Under the pieces are notes generated by a model. It was not told the DNA's origin and did not search any database. It saw only the letters and a list, made by a program, of their open reading frames with translations. Below, in pieces: positions 39,711 to 53,978 of a DNA stretch of 64,000 nt (position 1 is its first letter; each line of letters opens with the position of its first letter). The translations under genes were made by a program, and so were the position numbers. The stretch is from Podarcis gaigeae (taxonomy: Eukaryota). The stretch is taken from NCBI GenBank assembly GCA_964106915.2, contig OZ066918.1. One strand, written 5' to 3'.

Positions 39711-39968
39711 AGAACATAAGAAGGCTTCTGGATAAAGCCCATCTAGTCCAGCACCCTGTTATCACAGAACCAGAAATCTGTGGGAAACCTGCAACCAGGA
39801 TTCGAACACAAGAACACTCTTCTTTCCTGTGGTTTCCGGCAATTGGTACTTAGAAGCATTACTGCCTCCAGCTGTGGATGCACAGCACAGCCATCATAGC
39901 TAATAATGTCAACAGCCTCCTTCTCCGTGAATTTATCTAATCCTCTTTAAAGCCATCTAGGTTGGTGC
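39711..39968 (-). mobile_element. CR1-type LINE 3' end, inverted
   Basis: aagaacataagaa tail (TTCTTATG repeat on the minus strand), catctagtccagca, tctaatcctctttaaagccatc. Confidence 0.65.
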
Positions 39969-42488
39969 TTAGCAAGGGTGTAGCTGGGGGGGGGGGGGCA
40001 TCTGCCGCACCCAATCAAGTAAATAAATAAAAATACTTAATTGACTAATCGTGTTGTAGATAGCTTGGTTCTGCCCCACCCCACCCCCACATAAAGCCTG
40101 TCTACTTCCACACACCCCAGCTATAAAGAGCAGCAGAGTTTTAGTGATCTATGCATCTCCAAAGGGGAAAAATTCACCAGCTTTTCTGAATTGTCGCAGG
40201 TTGCCACAAAATATCCTAGCATCCTCATTCCCTGAAGCACTGAGAGCAATTTCAGGTCCCCCAACTGCTGAACACTCAGCAGGAGAGAGAGAAGAAAGAG
40301 ACAGAAAGAGAAAGGCATGAGACTAAACACTGCACCACTTAGGGGCACAAAAATGTATTCTGTACTTCATTCATTCTCAAGGGGCTCCTCCTCTGGCTGC
40401 TACCATTTGAACTCTTAATATAAAAAAGACCCAAAAACATCCACCTGTACCCCAGACTAGGAAGCAAGAGCAAACTAGAAGCTCAGTACAAAAGTTACAG
40501 GCCGTGTCCACAACGGACAGCACTGGCATTTCGTCTAATTGCCCAGATTACTACTCTCCCTCAATTTCCTCTCACTGGGATAAAAGCAACCAAAGGAAAA
40601 AAGTAGGGTAACCTGCTTTTAAGCTGTTTTCTCAATCTTTTTTATTATTATTAAGAAGGCTGCAAATTGGTACGGCTCTCCAGCTCACACAGCTCAGATC
40701 AGTCTGCAAACTGGCACTTCCAGTGCTCAGCAGGAGCTTTGAGCTGTCTGTTATACCAGGGGGACAATGCTGGGGTCCTGTTCCCTTTGTGAGAACCCCT
40801 GTGAAGAGTGGTATGCTATTTGGCCAGCCACTATCCACCTCCTGACTATCTAGCTATAGAACCCACACCAAGCTGCACAATTCATTCAGGATAGCATGGA
40901 AACCTGATGCTAACAGAAAAGACTATATTATACTTCATTCTTGGTATTTGAACAAGCTACAAAGCAGGTGGGGGTAAAGGGGAGAAATTCAAGAAAGTGG
41001 AAAAAAGAAAGGCAGGAAGGTTTGCACAAAGTTCTGCATCAAAGGTAGGTGCTGGTGGTATAATGCCCAACAGAACAGAGAACATCTTTGTGGGATTTGC
41101 TGCCTGCCTCTTCTTACTACTAGGCCAAAACCTTATATAACTGTTTGGCAAAAGCAAGTCAGGTAGAAAGACATGGAAACACCCTGCTGAAATTGTAAAA
41201 GATGCGCTAAAAATCATTATCTCCATTGAGATGCAATATAGTTAGAGATTAGGCATTGTACACAGGTCCAGTCCCTAAATGCAGCTTTCCCAAGTCCTTC
41301 ATGGCGCTCTGGAGAGGGGATTTATTTGCCTATTTTCTGAAAAATCAGGGGCAACTCCAGCTCCAGGACTTTTAACTCTTACTGATGCCCCACTTCTCAA
41401 AGCAGAAAAAGAGGCGGCAGCCAAACATCTCTACCAAAGGTGCTCTACCAAATCCATCTCTCTATACTGCATATCGTGTCAGTTCCTAATGTCAGCACTC
41501 AACTCCTGAATGAAAGAAAGATTCTCAGATTTATTCTACCTCCTGTCTAGGGTCAAAGTTTCAGTAGAGAAGAAGCAGAAGAAAGAGAACTATGGACCTT
41601 GTGCAGATTTTTAAAAGGAAACAAAAGGCCTTCCCAGGTGATTTTCAAAATGCAGAAAATCCCTTCTGCATCCACAATGCTGTTTGTCACCTCTCTCTCT
41701 TTTTTTAGGAGAATGTTAAAAATAAAATGAAACATATATGAAATGCCAACACACTGTTGCAGGCAAAAAAGTTAATGCTAAGTCATGCAAGGCTGCATGT
41801 AAATCTGGACATCAAATGTATGTTCTCTGACTCAGTGGCCCAGTCCACGCGTCACACTAAACCATAGTTTAAATAAACCATAGCTTAAATAAAAAACTAT
41901 GACTTAACATGAATGAGCAGCCTGTTGGTGCACAATGCTCAAAAGTCCCTGTGGTGCTCCCCCCACCCACCAAACTGGTAAGACAAGAACAAACCTTGGT
42001 TACTGTTTGTTGCTTGTTTGGAAACAAACCATGACCCAGGTTCAGATGACATGACAAGCCAGGCTGGCTTTTTTTGCCCATAGTCCAGCAGCAGGAGAAA
42101 GGAAGGGGGAACCACAGGAACTTCTGAGCAGCCATGGAGACAACTGAATTACGGCTGGCAGAAAGTCCATCCAGGTGCTAGTGAGCAAATCTTCTTCAAA
42201 ACAGAGGTATTTAGATAAATAGGTCTAAGAAGCGGAAGACTTCAACTTTAACCAAAACTAAGGCTAAGTGTAAAATTCTAGTTGGCATTAATCACTAAAG
42301 GTAGTGGTGACTCTTAACACTGAAAACAGATTAAGATAGAGTAGGGGAATGGGGTGGTGGAGAGAAATGAGCTAAGAGCATCTTCTAGTCCACTCGCAAT
42401 TTCTTTACCATATTTAAAAATAATCTCAAATGTTATGTATGCACTGGCCTCTAGGTGGAGGTAGCAAGATCCCACAGGTAAGATATTA

Positions 42489-42859
42489 CCATATTTTTGG
42501 CACCACAACACTCACTTTTTTCCTCCTAGAAAGTAAGGGGAAATGTCTGTGCGTGTTATGGAGCAAATGCCTGCAGGTGGCGGCGGGGGGGGGGGGATCT
42601 GTTGCAGTCGTGAGCAGAGGATCCATGGTTCCCCTTCCTTCCCTCCTCCATGGTTACAAAGCATGGATCTACATGGATACTCAGGATTTTTGCATTGGGC
42701 TACTCCAAACTCACTGTCAGATCACATGTCTGTGGCCACAGCATGAACCACAAAAATCATATATCCACTATTTCGTTTAGAATATATATATTTTTTGTTT
42801 TCCTCTAAAAACTATGTGCGTGTTATGGTCTGGTGCGTGTTATAGAGCGAAAAATACGG
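42489..42859. mobile_element. Tc2/pogo-like MITE related to 6958-7553
   Basis: TA-flanked CCATATTTTT...AAAAATACGG termini; shares subterminal aaggggaaatgt.tgtgcgt with the 6958 element in opposite orientation. Confidence 0.85.
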
Positions 42860-43081
42860 TAATTCCTCAAGTTGGCTGGCTGAGGAAGGGGCAACTATTA
42901 GGTGAAATAAGTCCAAAATAATGGACAATAATCTAGACTAAATGCTCTGAGAAGGTTAATTATGCAATTAAAATCAATAATTAAATCAGTTATGAGAAAC
43001 TACTCCTTTAGCAGCTTCCACCTGCAGGCTTCTCAATAAAGAGTTTCCACCACAATCAACTTCCAATACGGAAGGAACATA

Positions 43082-43237
43082 CCGTATTTTTCTGTGTATA
43101 AGACTACCGGTAGTTTTTTTCACCAAAAAATTAGATTTAAAATTGGGCCTTGTCTTATACACAGTAATGCTGAGGGGGTGTTTTCTTAATTTGGAGTCCC
43201 CAAAAATAGGGGGTGTCTTATACATGGGAAAATACAG
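43082..43237. mobile_element. Short Tc2/pogo-like MITE (156 bp)
   Basis: TA|CCGTATTTTTCTGTGTATAAGAC ... GTCTTATACATGGGAAAATACAG|TA. Confidence 0.8.
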
Positions 43238-46200
43238 TATATTAGACAAACTGGAGAGGGCTCTGAAGAGAGCAATAAAGAGAGCCAAGGGCTTGGCTAA
43301 GAAGAAAGATGTATGAGACAAAACTGAAAGAAGGAGGCACTTAATCTAGAGGGTAAACTGGGGAGAAGAGGCTAGGGTACAATTTTAGTAATGATATAGA
43401 GTATGTACATATACGCAGAGTAAAATAATACTGTGCAAAAACAATACACAATAGAATAAAGATGATTCAACTGCTGTCCATAGTCAAAGGCAGAACAAAT
43501 GGAAGTAAACAGAGCTTATTTTCCTTAAGAATGCTTGAGCAGGGAGTTGGTGAACCACTCCTCACAACAAACTTCTAAAAATACTGACATCTTTCAGAAG
43601 TGCCTCAGCTCACTCAGCCAGAGTACCCTTCTTACAATGCTCAATGGTAGCTAGATGAAACAAGACAGGTATTGTTCCTGCAATACCAACCAGGTTGAAT
43701 AAAGAAAATCAAGCATCAACCTTAAGTTCCTTTATCTACTGTAAGGCCATCACAGGCAATGGCATTAGGCACACCTAGCTAGCTGAGCAGACCGTAGCAC
43801 TAGGATCTCTGGTTTGTACCTTAATGCCAATAGGCAACTAGAATTAACTGTTGCCAGAGTGAATGCCATCAGATAAACACAGCCTGGTCAAACCCTTTGT
43901 GGATAGGCACACTTTCCACATAAAGCAACTGAGACTGCCCTAAGGCGTCAGCGTCAGTATATTTCTATTTTTCCACAAAGCAATTCTTTTGAGGCCTGCA
44001 CATTATACTTGTAATAATACCTTGATGTCTTAACAACAACTACTCAAAGGCAGGAAGTAGGAAAACTCCAGGAAGAAATCTCCTAAGGGAGTAGCAGGGG
44101 GTTGTTTGCTAAGCAGGATGCAGGAACCAGCCACACTAAGCACCAATCAAATTGCGACACAAGAGTGATCAAAACACACTTGGTGAGAGAGAGGATTATT
44201 TACAAATAGGGTCTGACAGCGAGGTATCAGCACCGTCCTCCAGAGAGATACTCATGGATTCAGAGTTTGCTCTAGAAATAGATGTTCTTTTCTTACAAAC
44301 AAGTGCATCAAACTTCCCTGAGGCACAGTCTCCCCCAGAATTCATGGACATGGCAGGCAATTACCAGGGGACACTTCTTGTGCTGGAAGGCTTGCTGTCA
44401 ATCAGCCAAAAAAGCAATGGGATTTTGCCAAAAGGGAGCTGGGGATATATAAGTGAAAGCGGAGGTGTGCCTGGCCACTCAATGCCACAGGCAGAAGAAA
44501 TGCCTGCCGTGAATGGATCCTCTGCAATCTACCACCTGATCACTGAATGTAATAAACTGTGCTAACACCTACACAGCACTCTACTTTAAAAATACAGAAC
44601 TTCTGTGAAGGCAATACAACTGTTTTAAGTGCTGGGTTATCAACACCCTTCGTAACATGGGCTATCCTGAACAAAATGCAGCACTTGATGTGGCATTGAT
44701 TGATTGATTTAAATTGCACCAATGCCTTCTCCATATGTTTTGATTTCTATTTTTCATTCCAACGTTTTTCTGACAAATACACTTGCTACTCACAATACAA
44801 AATGTGTGTTCTTGGCGCTGGAGTAACAAAGCAAGAGTGGAAATTCTGCTTTTGTAAAGGTCATGCCACCACAGATCAGAACACCCCTATCCAGGCTAGT
44901 CAAAATGATGACATATTTTTTATTCTTCACAATTGTTAATGTTGCATTCTGAATTTTTAAAAAAGCCTTCAAATAGTAAAAAATTATAGAACTACATAAA
45001 AATATTATTATTATTATTATTTTAAAAACACTATTAAACACAGATAACATAAACATAGCAAAAATAGTGGATAGCAAAGCATAATTTAAAAAAAATTATT
45101 GTTAAGGAAAAAGGTATTAAACTGGTTCCTAAATGAAATAGTATTATATGTCTCTTGAGTTTATCTGGAGCGAGCATTTCAAAGATGGAGAGCTACTACT
45201 AAAAAGACTCGCTTCCCAGCTGTCATCCACCTAATTTCTGACAAGGAGGGCACCTGAAGAAGGGCCTCCGAAGCAGATCAGATTTCAAACAGGTTCATAA
45301 TTAACAAGTTAATAATTACCCTCATTCCAATGTTTGTTTTTTAAATGTTGTTTTCATTGAGAGAAGTTGCTCCATACAAACGAAGACAACATTTGTACAA
45401 CAAAATCAAACTGTAGGTTTGGACATCAGGAAAAGGACAAGGCAAAAAGTTACAGAACAAATCTTACACTACATCAAAGTGAACCATTATCAAATACCAA
45501 AAAACAGGGTGAAATTAACATCTTTCTAATAAAAGACAATACGCTGATATTGCATAGAGATTACTCAGCATAATCCAGGAACGAAATTCAAATAGAAATA
45601 AATTATTCTGAGATACATGGATCTCTTATCTGACATAATTAATTTATGCCGGAAAGTTACCTCTCCATACCTTCCCTTTCTACTCTCAGTGGGAGGATGG
45701 ATCTGACCATTTCCACTTATGTACTCAGGCAATCACTAGTAAATGGTTAAAAAGAGGTGTGTGAGGATACATTGAGTGATCCGTTTCAAAGTACAAGCTT
45801 AGAATCCTGTACAGGAAGACATTGCAAAATTTCCCCACATTTAGCCAAGGGTATTTCCAAGCATGCTTGGGGGGCAACTGGGCACTCCCCATTGAAAGCA
45901 TCCACTTTAACACATTGCTTCAAAGACTTAGGGCTTCGGGTCCAAGCTCTTTTGGCTGTACAGAAGCACTAACACTTTGAATTATGCCTGTAAGCAAACA
46001 GGTAGAGATCTTTTCACAATGAAAAGATGTGTTCCAGTTAACTGATTAAAAACAGGACAGCTAGACAGCTAACATTTCCAAACAATCTTCAGGGACAGCG
46101 TAACATACAATGCATTATGTTGGGGATGCCAACATGTATGCCCTAGGCTAGGGCAAGTTCAGCACACACACACATACAAGACACATATTGGGCCTGATTT

Positions 46201-48348
46201 GGCCATCCCAATCTCAATCTGCTAAATAATGTTGTGCCCGCATGTTCGCTCCTTGTCCTTTTCACATCTGCCTTCAGAAAAATTATTTTGGCTTCTTGAG
46301 CAAGTCTCTGAACATCTGAACCAGGAAACTGTGACTTAAGGACTCCCTCCAAACCAGAATATGAAACCATGAAGGCCTAGGCCTTCCGAAGTGAACAGGA
46401 AGTTGGATGGGAGGCTAGTATGTCCCACTGTCTAAACATGTGGGGTTTGCCCCAAGAAACCTTTGTGCTGCATATGCTGATCTAACTTTCTTTAGTTGTA
46501 TGACACTGTGAGGGCTTCCCTTGCAACTAAAGCTGCAAGTCTCACCACCCTGATGTGCTTCCTTTATGATGACTTAAGCAATGTTTCCCTGTTGGAGTCT
46601 TCGGAAGAACAGAAAGGTAGGGGAAGAAGAAAGTGGAGCAAGAGAAGAACAAACTTTGTGTGGGCGTGTAGAAGAACAGAATGGAGATACACGATAGGAG
46701 ACAGATCTGGTGGTTGAAATACATAGGAAGAGTTTTAGGAGCAACAAGCCAGTGTTTTGGCAGAATGCAGTAGACAAGAGGAACTTGCTTTTGATCTGAG
46801 CAAAGGCAGGAAACAAATTGGAGAGCCAACAGGAAAGGATATCAGAAGCCTTTAGGATTGCATGTTTCATGCCCTCCGAGCAGTATTTTTAGAAGCTGTA
46901 TGAACACCAGGCATATAGCTCCACTGGTGTGTATAGGGTAAATGATAACTATCAGATTATTATTCATTCCAAGAATGACAAGCACTAGCTAATGGTTTGG
47001 TACTTCACCATATGAATCAGCCTTGTCTTTAAGTGCAACTGAACAGAGCTTGATGTTACACATATTTCATAGCTGCTATCCAAAGCAGCAGCCCCACAAA
47101 TCTGCCCTCCCCCAGCAATGCTTAGAAATGCAAAATGCGTGATATGCAAGTTCATACCAAGTGGCAGCAAAAAACATTATCAGGGTGAGAAAGAAGGGGA
47201 AAGCTCTCATAATGTTCAGTGCCAGCCACAGCTCTGACAAAAGCAAAGGCGACAGAAATATTGCTAATTCATTAATAGAGAAAAGATATATCACCCTCTG
47301 TACTCTGCTTTAGAAAACCTAAAGGAGCCACATGTCACAAAAAGAAATGTGAACTGATTGAGGTAGAATCAGATAAGTATTTTCACCTAGCTGCAGTTAG
47401 CCATAGAGGTAAGACTGCTAGCCATCTAACAAAGCTCTGCTTTAATTTAACGCAGCTTCCCAATTGCCCTTCCCTAAAGAATTTCATTGAAAAAACCAAG
47501 CCATTAGCTATTGTTCCCAGGACATATAATAGGACTAGACCATTTCTATAACAACTTCTTTATTAAAGCATGGAAACTTTTATGGTGAGGGCACAGTTAA
47601 CTGTACTCAAAAATTACTTGCTAGTCCTGCTTCCAGGCACAGAACAAGAAGACAGAATTAGAAGCTAGACAAATGGATTAGCTCAATCCTTTTCATCCTC
47701 CAGAGGCAAAAGTCAGTCCACTGCCTGTCTATTAAGTACTGCTATGCCCCATTTCAGTTTAAATCTCCCAGGGCAGAGCTACAATGCTTGGATTAGGGCT
47801 AGTATGGACACGTAGCCTGACACAAAGTTCTTACCCCACTGCCCCTCTTTAATATTCAGGCAAACCTGAATATTACCTACCTTTCTCCACCCACAGCAGT
47901 AGCCAATGATGATGAGTAGGAGTGGGGATTGCATAGTATGACATTAGATTTCAAAGTAAATCTGTCTGAAACTTACAGGGACAAAAGGGAGAACCGAACA
48001 TGGAAAATAGCACCTACTTTTTTAGGATCACACCTATTTCTGCTCTAAAATTTAACAGCGATTAGAACAGATCCTATATAGAAACTTCTCACCTGATATG
48101 GAGGAAGCTTGACCTAAAGAAAACCACTCATACAGCTTGATTTAAACAGCTACTACTCCTGCTCCTTGCTTCCCCACAATTATACTTCCTGGTGCAATCA
48201 TGCTTCGAAAGGTACAGGACAATGGGCAACACACTTCAGTTATTGTAGTAATTCTGATTCTAGAACAACAAAACACCAAGCTTGCAAAGGGACAAGAAGG
48301 ATAAACTGGTACTGGATGAGAGGCAAGCAAGCAAATAATAATAATTAC

Positions 48349-48437
48349 CTGACCAGAGTTCCCTCCAAGTGTAATGAAGCCTCACTCTGCATTTCTTCTG
48401 GTAGCAAAGCAGCTTGTGCACTATTTGAATGCAGCGT
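48349..48437 (-). CDS. ARMH3: ARMH3 coding exon: [29 protein letters not shown]
   Basis: ctctgttttctccag|A ... CAG|gtaatt; 89 nt, phase 2 to 1. Confidence 0.95.
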
Positions 48438-49239
48438 CTGGAGAAAACAGAGAGGAAAGCCTAATGAAATAAGCAGCATGTAATGGTGATATACAGTGCA
48501 GGAACACTGGCAAATTTTCAAGAGCCAGCTGCATAAAAGTGATATTGTTATTTAATTTCGGTATTGCTTCCTCAAAGGCATATCAAAGTGATCTCACCAA
48601 ACAAATACAAAATTTCACAATACAAAAAATATATATAAAACAACTGCATATATAAAAATAGCTACCAATTACACACATAAAACAATTACAAATCAGTACA
48701 TATATAAACACAGTTAAAACCATTTGGAATCCAATACAGATATTGCGTCGAATAAAGATCTCCTATTGGAAAGTTGATTGAAAAAGGGAAGTCTTTAACA
48801 GACACCAAAAAGACAATTAAGATGGTGCCTGTCTGAGTTCCAGTGGATAGCTGCCACTACACTACAGACCTCCTTAAAAGATGCTATCTTCAGGATTCCC
48901 CCTCCTGCAGAATGTAGGGATCAGTTATATTTATTATTATTTCATTATTGTGTTTCTATCCCACCTGTCCTCCAGTGAGCTCAAGGTAGTACACCAGTTC
49001 CACCCCACTCCATTATATCCCTGCAACAGGTCTTAGTCCGGCACTCAACCACCACACTACACTGGCTCAGAATACTGGGTATATAAGGATGCGAATGTGT
49101 TTTCAGTATCCTCATCCCCAGCTGTATATGGCCTTTTTCCACCCATGCCAGCACCTTGAATTTTGCCAATTAGGTACTGGGCTGTCAATGGAATTATTTC
49201 AACAGCCGATTAATATGATGGTGATATTCAGCCAAAGTG

Positions 49240-49600
49240 AGCTGTCATTTTCTGCACTAGCTGCAGCTTCCAGCTTCCTCAAGGGCTGTTCCACAAAGAG
49301 CTACATTCATAATAGGCAGCACATGGCTGACAGTTGTCAGTCTACCCTGGTCCAGAACAGTTGTAGCTGTCTGATCAGCCAAAGCTAGAAAATGTGTCTC
49401 CTGGCCACTGGGATCCATCTCTGGTGACAAAGAGAGTAACCCCAAACTACAAACCTGCTCCTTTGGGAGGAGCACAACTCTGTCCAAAGCAGGCAATTGA
49501 CCAATTATCTGGGCTCATAAACCAACTAATCACAATGCCTGTCTTGCCAGGATACCAAGTCAGTTTCTTCTTACCCAGACTACCACCAAGTCCAGGCATT
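49240..49600 (-). mobile_element. Old L2 LINE ORF2 fragment
   Basis: Minus-strand remnants KLTWYPGKT (cf. KLKLNPDKT) and LLPKEQVCSLGLL (cf. LPLKEQVRSLGV); boundaries approximate. Confidence 0.6.
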
Positions 49601-50392
49601 AATCCAGAGATACACTCTGCTGATTCAAACGCTACTGAGAAATAAATCTGGCATGGCACCTTGTACCAAATCTCCAAGGGACCGCCTGCAATGGATTCAC
49701 AGAGATGATAGGATGATAACCTGCAGATACTAACCCGCAGCACCACACAGCACACTTGCCAGGAGGCTGAAAGATAATCACTTCTGAGTTCTTCACCTAT
49801 TGCAACACAGTAACACTTTTTTTTGTAAACTGTTTCGAGCACAAATGCATTTGTGGGAAATGAAGCATTATAAACGATTTGATTAATCTCCCAGTCTCTC
49901 ACAGTACACAAAGGTTAGATGCTGCTGACATTCAAATAGTCCTTCAAAAGAATTTTTAAAGAACATCTCAAGAGCTACATATGATACATGGTTCTGATAA
50001 GCCAGGTAAAATGAAGTGGCTTCTTGCATGCACAGGCATCAAAGCATTCCCCCCCCCCGCCCCCGCTTTCCTTTTTGGCCTTTTATAGGCCATTAGCACC
50101 GTGTTTCACCATCTCTCCTGGACAATGCTTCACACACTTGCCTGGTGTTTTGAAATACTTTCCAGCTCAAGATTTTTGCTCTTGTTCTGCTGATTAAGTA
50201 ATTTAGGAAAACTCTCCGAATGGGAATTCGTTTCAATTTCAATTTCTTGGCACATTGAACAAAAGCACAACTCTTAGGGAGTTTCCTGAAATTACCTCGG
50301 GGAGGGAAATCATTCTGTTTTTTTAAAAAATAAAATAAAAAGCGATGCCTGTTAATAAATGCCTCAATATGCTTTAGTCAACTATTACTTAC

Positions 50393-50453
50393 ACATAAAG
50401 ATCCATGGGAAACTCTTTCATCATGTGTGTAATGATAAATTCTACCATCAGAT
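50393..50453 (-). CDS. ARMH3: ARMH3 coding exon: (D)LMVEFIITHMMKEFPMDLY(V)
   Basis: cctttccttctag|AT ... TGT|gtaagt; 61 nt, phase 1 to 2. Confidence 0.95.
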
Positions 50454-51780
50454 CTAGAAGGAAAGGATATAGATATCATGACAAAACTATGACGAAGACC
50501 TTGGACTTATAACCAATTTAAGTTTTCGTTTCCAGATCGTGAACTTGCACTGCCAAGTGCTAACATCAATGCAGACAAAACACACTATAATTATGAGCAG
50601 TGGGAAGGGACCGTATGGAGAGTTCTGGCTGTGGTTATTCTCTTTTCCAAAAACCTGAGATGATACTAGTGGGAAATGAATGCCTTAAAAGGCATGTTTG
50701 TGTATGCCTTTCAACTCCCAAGCATCAAATCCTTCAGTTGTCCAGCTTTCCCTTTATCATCCATATCAAAAGCTACTTTTAAGGGCTAGAATTCTACTTA
50801 TTTCAAATCTTGCCACTGGTGGAAAATTCCTGCAAAAAACAAGTTTCAGAAATTTGCTGTGACAGGGGGCCATATTTATTTTACACCAGATAATGATACA
50901 ACACAAAATGGTGCTTTACATCTATGGAGCATGTTCCAAAGCACAATAAATCTGACAGGGTCTCAATAATAGCTTAAATTGTTCCTGTGTCACTGAGTCA
51001 ATAAAGTCTAATGGCATCACACAGTTTCAGAAATATTCAATTTCTATTTCTGGCCTTTTGTCAATGTTTTCCAGAGTGGACAAGGTGACCCAGACACTTT
51101 TGCCAATATTTGCCTGTCTTTCCTACCAATTTTCAAAGAACTGTAGAGTAGAGCGGAACCTAAAGAATTCTTACATTCAATTATCCACACCGGCTCATCC
51201 AGCCTCTTATTTAAAGTCATCAGCAGTTAATTTTATTTATGTGCAGCACTAATATGTTAGATTTTAGTGCATTATCCAGCTAAGGAAAGTTGGCAAAACA
51301 GTATTCCATTAGCTTCTGAAACTCTTTGGAACAAATGTGTTCCATTACTCTGCAGCCTATTTCTGTTAAGACTTATTTATAAAGACTCACTTTTCTCCTT
51401 GCCCAAAGTAAGTAAAGGGGTAGGCAGAGAAGAGGCAAGAAGATGCCATATTGGTAAATGAAATACATTTTAGAATTAATGCCTAGCTGGCAAAGTACTG
51501 AGGAATGTTCTCCTGAGGGAGGTTCGGCTGGCACCTTCATTATATACCTTAGGGCACCAGGCAAAAACGTTACTCTTCAACCAGCCCTTTGGCTGATTAA
51601 CATCCTATACCCTTTTAAATGTATTTGTGGGAGGAAGTAGGGGGTTATTGGTTTGCCTGGGTTTTTTTGTTCTTGTTTTGTTCTTATGTATTTTATGTTT
51701 TTATCTTGTATTTTCATGTCGTGAACTGCCCTGAGATCTATAAATGAAGGGCGATATACAAATTAAATAAATAAATCTCT

Positions 51781-51781
<1 letters not shown>

Positions 51782-51812
<31 letters not shown>
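51782..51812. repeat. (CA)15 microsatellite
   Basis: Read directly. Confidence 0.95.
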
Positions 51813-51815
<3 letters not shown>

Positions 51816-51857
51816 TCTTTGGAATAGCTGCTGACCAAATCTAGTAAGTACACTTAC

Positions 51858-51927
51858 CCAGCACTGCGCAAACCAGAGGCCGACAGGGAAGGTTCTTGTC
51901 AGCAGCTTTCTTTCTGTGTCTCATAGG
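51858..51927 (-). CDS. ARMH3: ARMH3 coding exon: [23 protein letters not shown]
   Basis: gtgttttgaag|CCT ... TGG|gtaagt; 70 nt, phase 0 to 1. Confidence 0.95.
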
Positions 51928-52629
51928 CTTCAAAACACATGGAGATAAAATAGTCATGTGGCAGGGAGCAGGGACACCCAAGATACATTATCTCAAATAC
52001 TTTCTATGCAAATAAAACTGCTGCCCAAAGGGATGGCTTTCCCCCTCTCCCATTCCACACAGTCTCATTGGTCACTTTACTGATTTGGCTATAAGCAAAG
52101 ACCAGGGTATCTGTAGGCTGGGTTTTGGATAGGCTGTACCTCCTATTGTGTCCTTCAACACAATGTCCATACACATCACTGCTAGAGGAAAAAATACTGA
52201 GCTAGGTAGCAGATTTTCATACAATCATTGGCTATAATGTTTTATCTACAAGTCAGGAAGAAAAGATTTTCATAGTAAGATAACTGTTATGACCATTGGT
52301 GTCTGAAGTTAAGGAGCCATGACAGAAAATACAATTTTATGCATAAGCTAAATAGAAATCATAAGTGACCCCATGAGAGATGTGCACTTTTGAAACCTTA
52401 TGTTAATATGGGTCTTTTCAGGATTAATTTATGATATTCTAATACACTAGAATTACATTTCAAAATGCTGTTCCAGTTATCTCAATTATTTAAACATATT
52501 ATTAAAGTGTGTTTAATCCACATTAAGTAGGTTTTCAAATATTTCGAAGCATCACCATGCATGAATGATATCCAATTTAAGAGTCCACCCCAGCCTGGTA
52601 AACCAAGGCACTTAATGAGAGAGACTCAC

Positions 52630-52695
52630 CATTCTGTGGAGGTTTACTCGAAAATTCATGTTGTCATCATGCAGAAAAGCATTAGCATACTGGTC
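52630..52695 (-). CDS. ARMH3: ARMH3 coding exon: DQYANAFLHDDNMNFRVNLHRM
   Basis: ttccttccttaatag|GAC ... ATG|gtgagt; 66 nt, phase 0 to 0. Confidence 0.96.
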
Positions 52696-53309
52696 CTATT
52701 AAGGAAGGAAAAAACACTACAGTCATGAAAGGTAGCACAGTCATGAAAGGTAACACTTGCAAAACTGCCAAGTAAATATTATACAGATAACTACTGGTAA
52801 TTATCAGTCTTTTTATTATGTTTTTAAGTGTGCTTTTAAATTATGCTTTTATGCAGATTCTCCATATGGATGACTAGCCCAGCTCAAAAACCCCACAAAA
52901 AACTGAATGCATTTTGTTGCTTCCTTCTGATGTTCATCTTTGCAGGAAAGTGTCAGGAAAATTGTAATGCACTCTGCAGAATTCACAAAGAAGCTTCTTT
53001 ACAATAATGTATATAGAAAGCTTTATGGCGACATTCCAATGGACTCATTGTCACTGGAGTTATTACAGGTTGAGCTGCTGGAAGATGGCTCAGCAGCCTC
53101 AGTCAGCTTTCATTTTAGCTTTAATTCTAAATCAAATCATGTTCTATGTAACACAAGTATGGCAACAAATTTGCTCTCCTTGAATTTCACAGTCAAACAC
53201 ACCCTGGTTGAAAGCAGGCAATAACTCTGTCTTCTGCTAGCTACATTCCTCTCAAGTAAGCTTAGGTGATATCAACAGCAGCTAATTGCTGAGGCTTTTT
53301 AAAAAAAAT

Positions 53310-53417
53310 AATAATAATGAAATGGAAATAATAAGAATTCATGGCCTCCTGAAATACCACTTTAAAATAATAATGAAACGGAAATAATAGGAATTCATGG
53401 CCTCTTGAAACTTTAAA
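53310..53417. repeat. Two-copy tandem duplication, period 56 bp
   Basis: aataataatgaaa.ggaaataata.gaattcatggcctc.tgaaa repeated (GAATTC at 53335 and 53391). Confidence 0.9.
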
Positions 53418-53919
53418 AACCAAGATTCTGGGTAGCATTGATGCAGAATGAGCTGCTGTAGGGCAGAAGAGTCTTGCTCTAATGCTAAACAAAACAGAAC
53501 CCCAACTATTAGCTGGCACTTGAACAAATATACTTTTTCCAATAGAAAAATGGGACTCCTCTAGGAGACTGGAAAGCACCAATGTGTAATCATGTATCAC
53601 TTCCTAGTTGACCTGTGTCAAGTGCCTTCTGCAGAAGTATATACACATATACACATAAGTGTACACACGCACACACACACAAGTGATCTCTCATGTTTAC
53701 TGCTCCAAACGTTCAGCATCAGAATAAAAGTAATGTACAAAAGGGAATGATTTGTTTGGGAAGCTGACCATCAGCACATGGTTAACTATAAATACCGCAT
53801 TAGTTATCATTCGACTTCCTACAGAAAGGAGGGCTAGGAATGCAGGCTTAGCACCAGGTCACAGGCTAGAGGCTAATGCATATGTAAATGAGATACAGGA
53901 CACCAGCAGCGGGGCTTAC

Positions 53920-53978
53920 CTCTGCTATGCAGGTCAAGATAATCAGACAGAGCTTGCCACTGTGGAGCCGGTGTTCAT
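53920..53978 (-). CDS. ARMH3: ARMH3 coding exon: (D)EHRLHSGKLCLIILTCIAE
   Basis: tttcatttgcag|AT ... GAG|gtaagc; 59 nt, phase 1 to 0. Confidence 0.95.

Noticed and set aside
42445-42465. CTCF-like motif TGGCCTCTAGGTGGAG
   Set aside because: Mismatch at the highly conserved C after GG; not supportable from sequence alone.
44152-44565. 137-aa plus-strand ORF
   Set aside because: Non-ATG start, no recognisable domain or splice support; probably chance or decayed repeat.
52696-52710. TCCTTAAT resembling a U12 branch point
   Set aside because: It abuts the AG, and the intron donor is GTAAGC (U2 type), not RTATCCTT.
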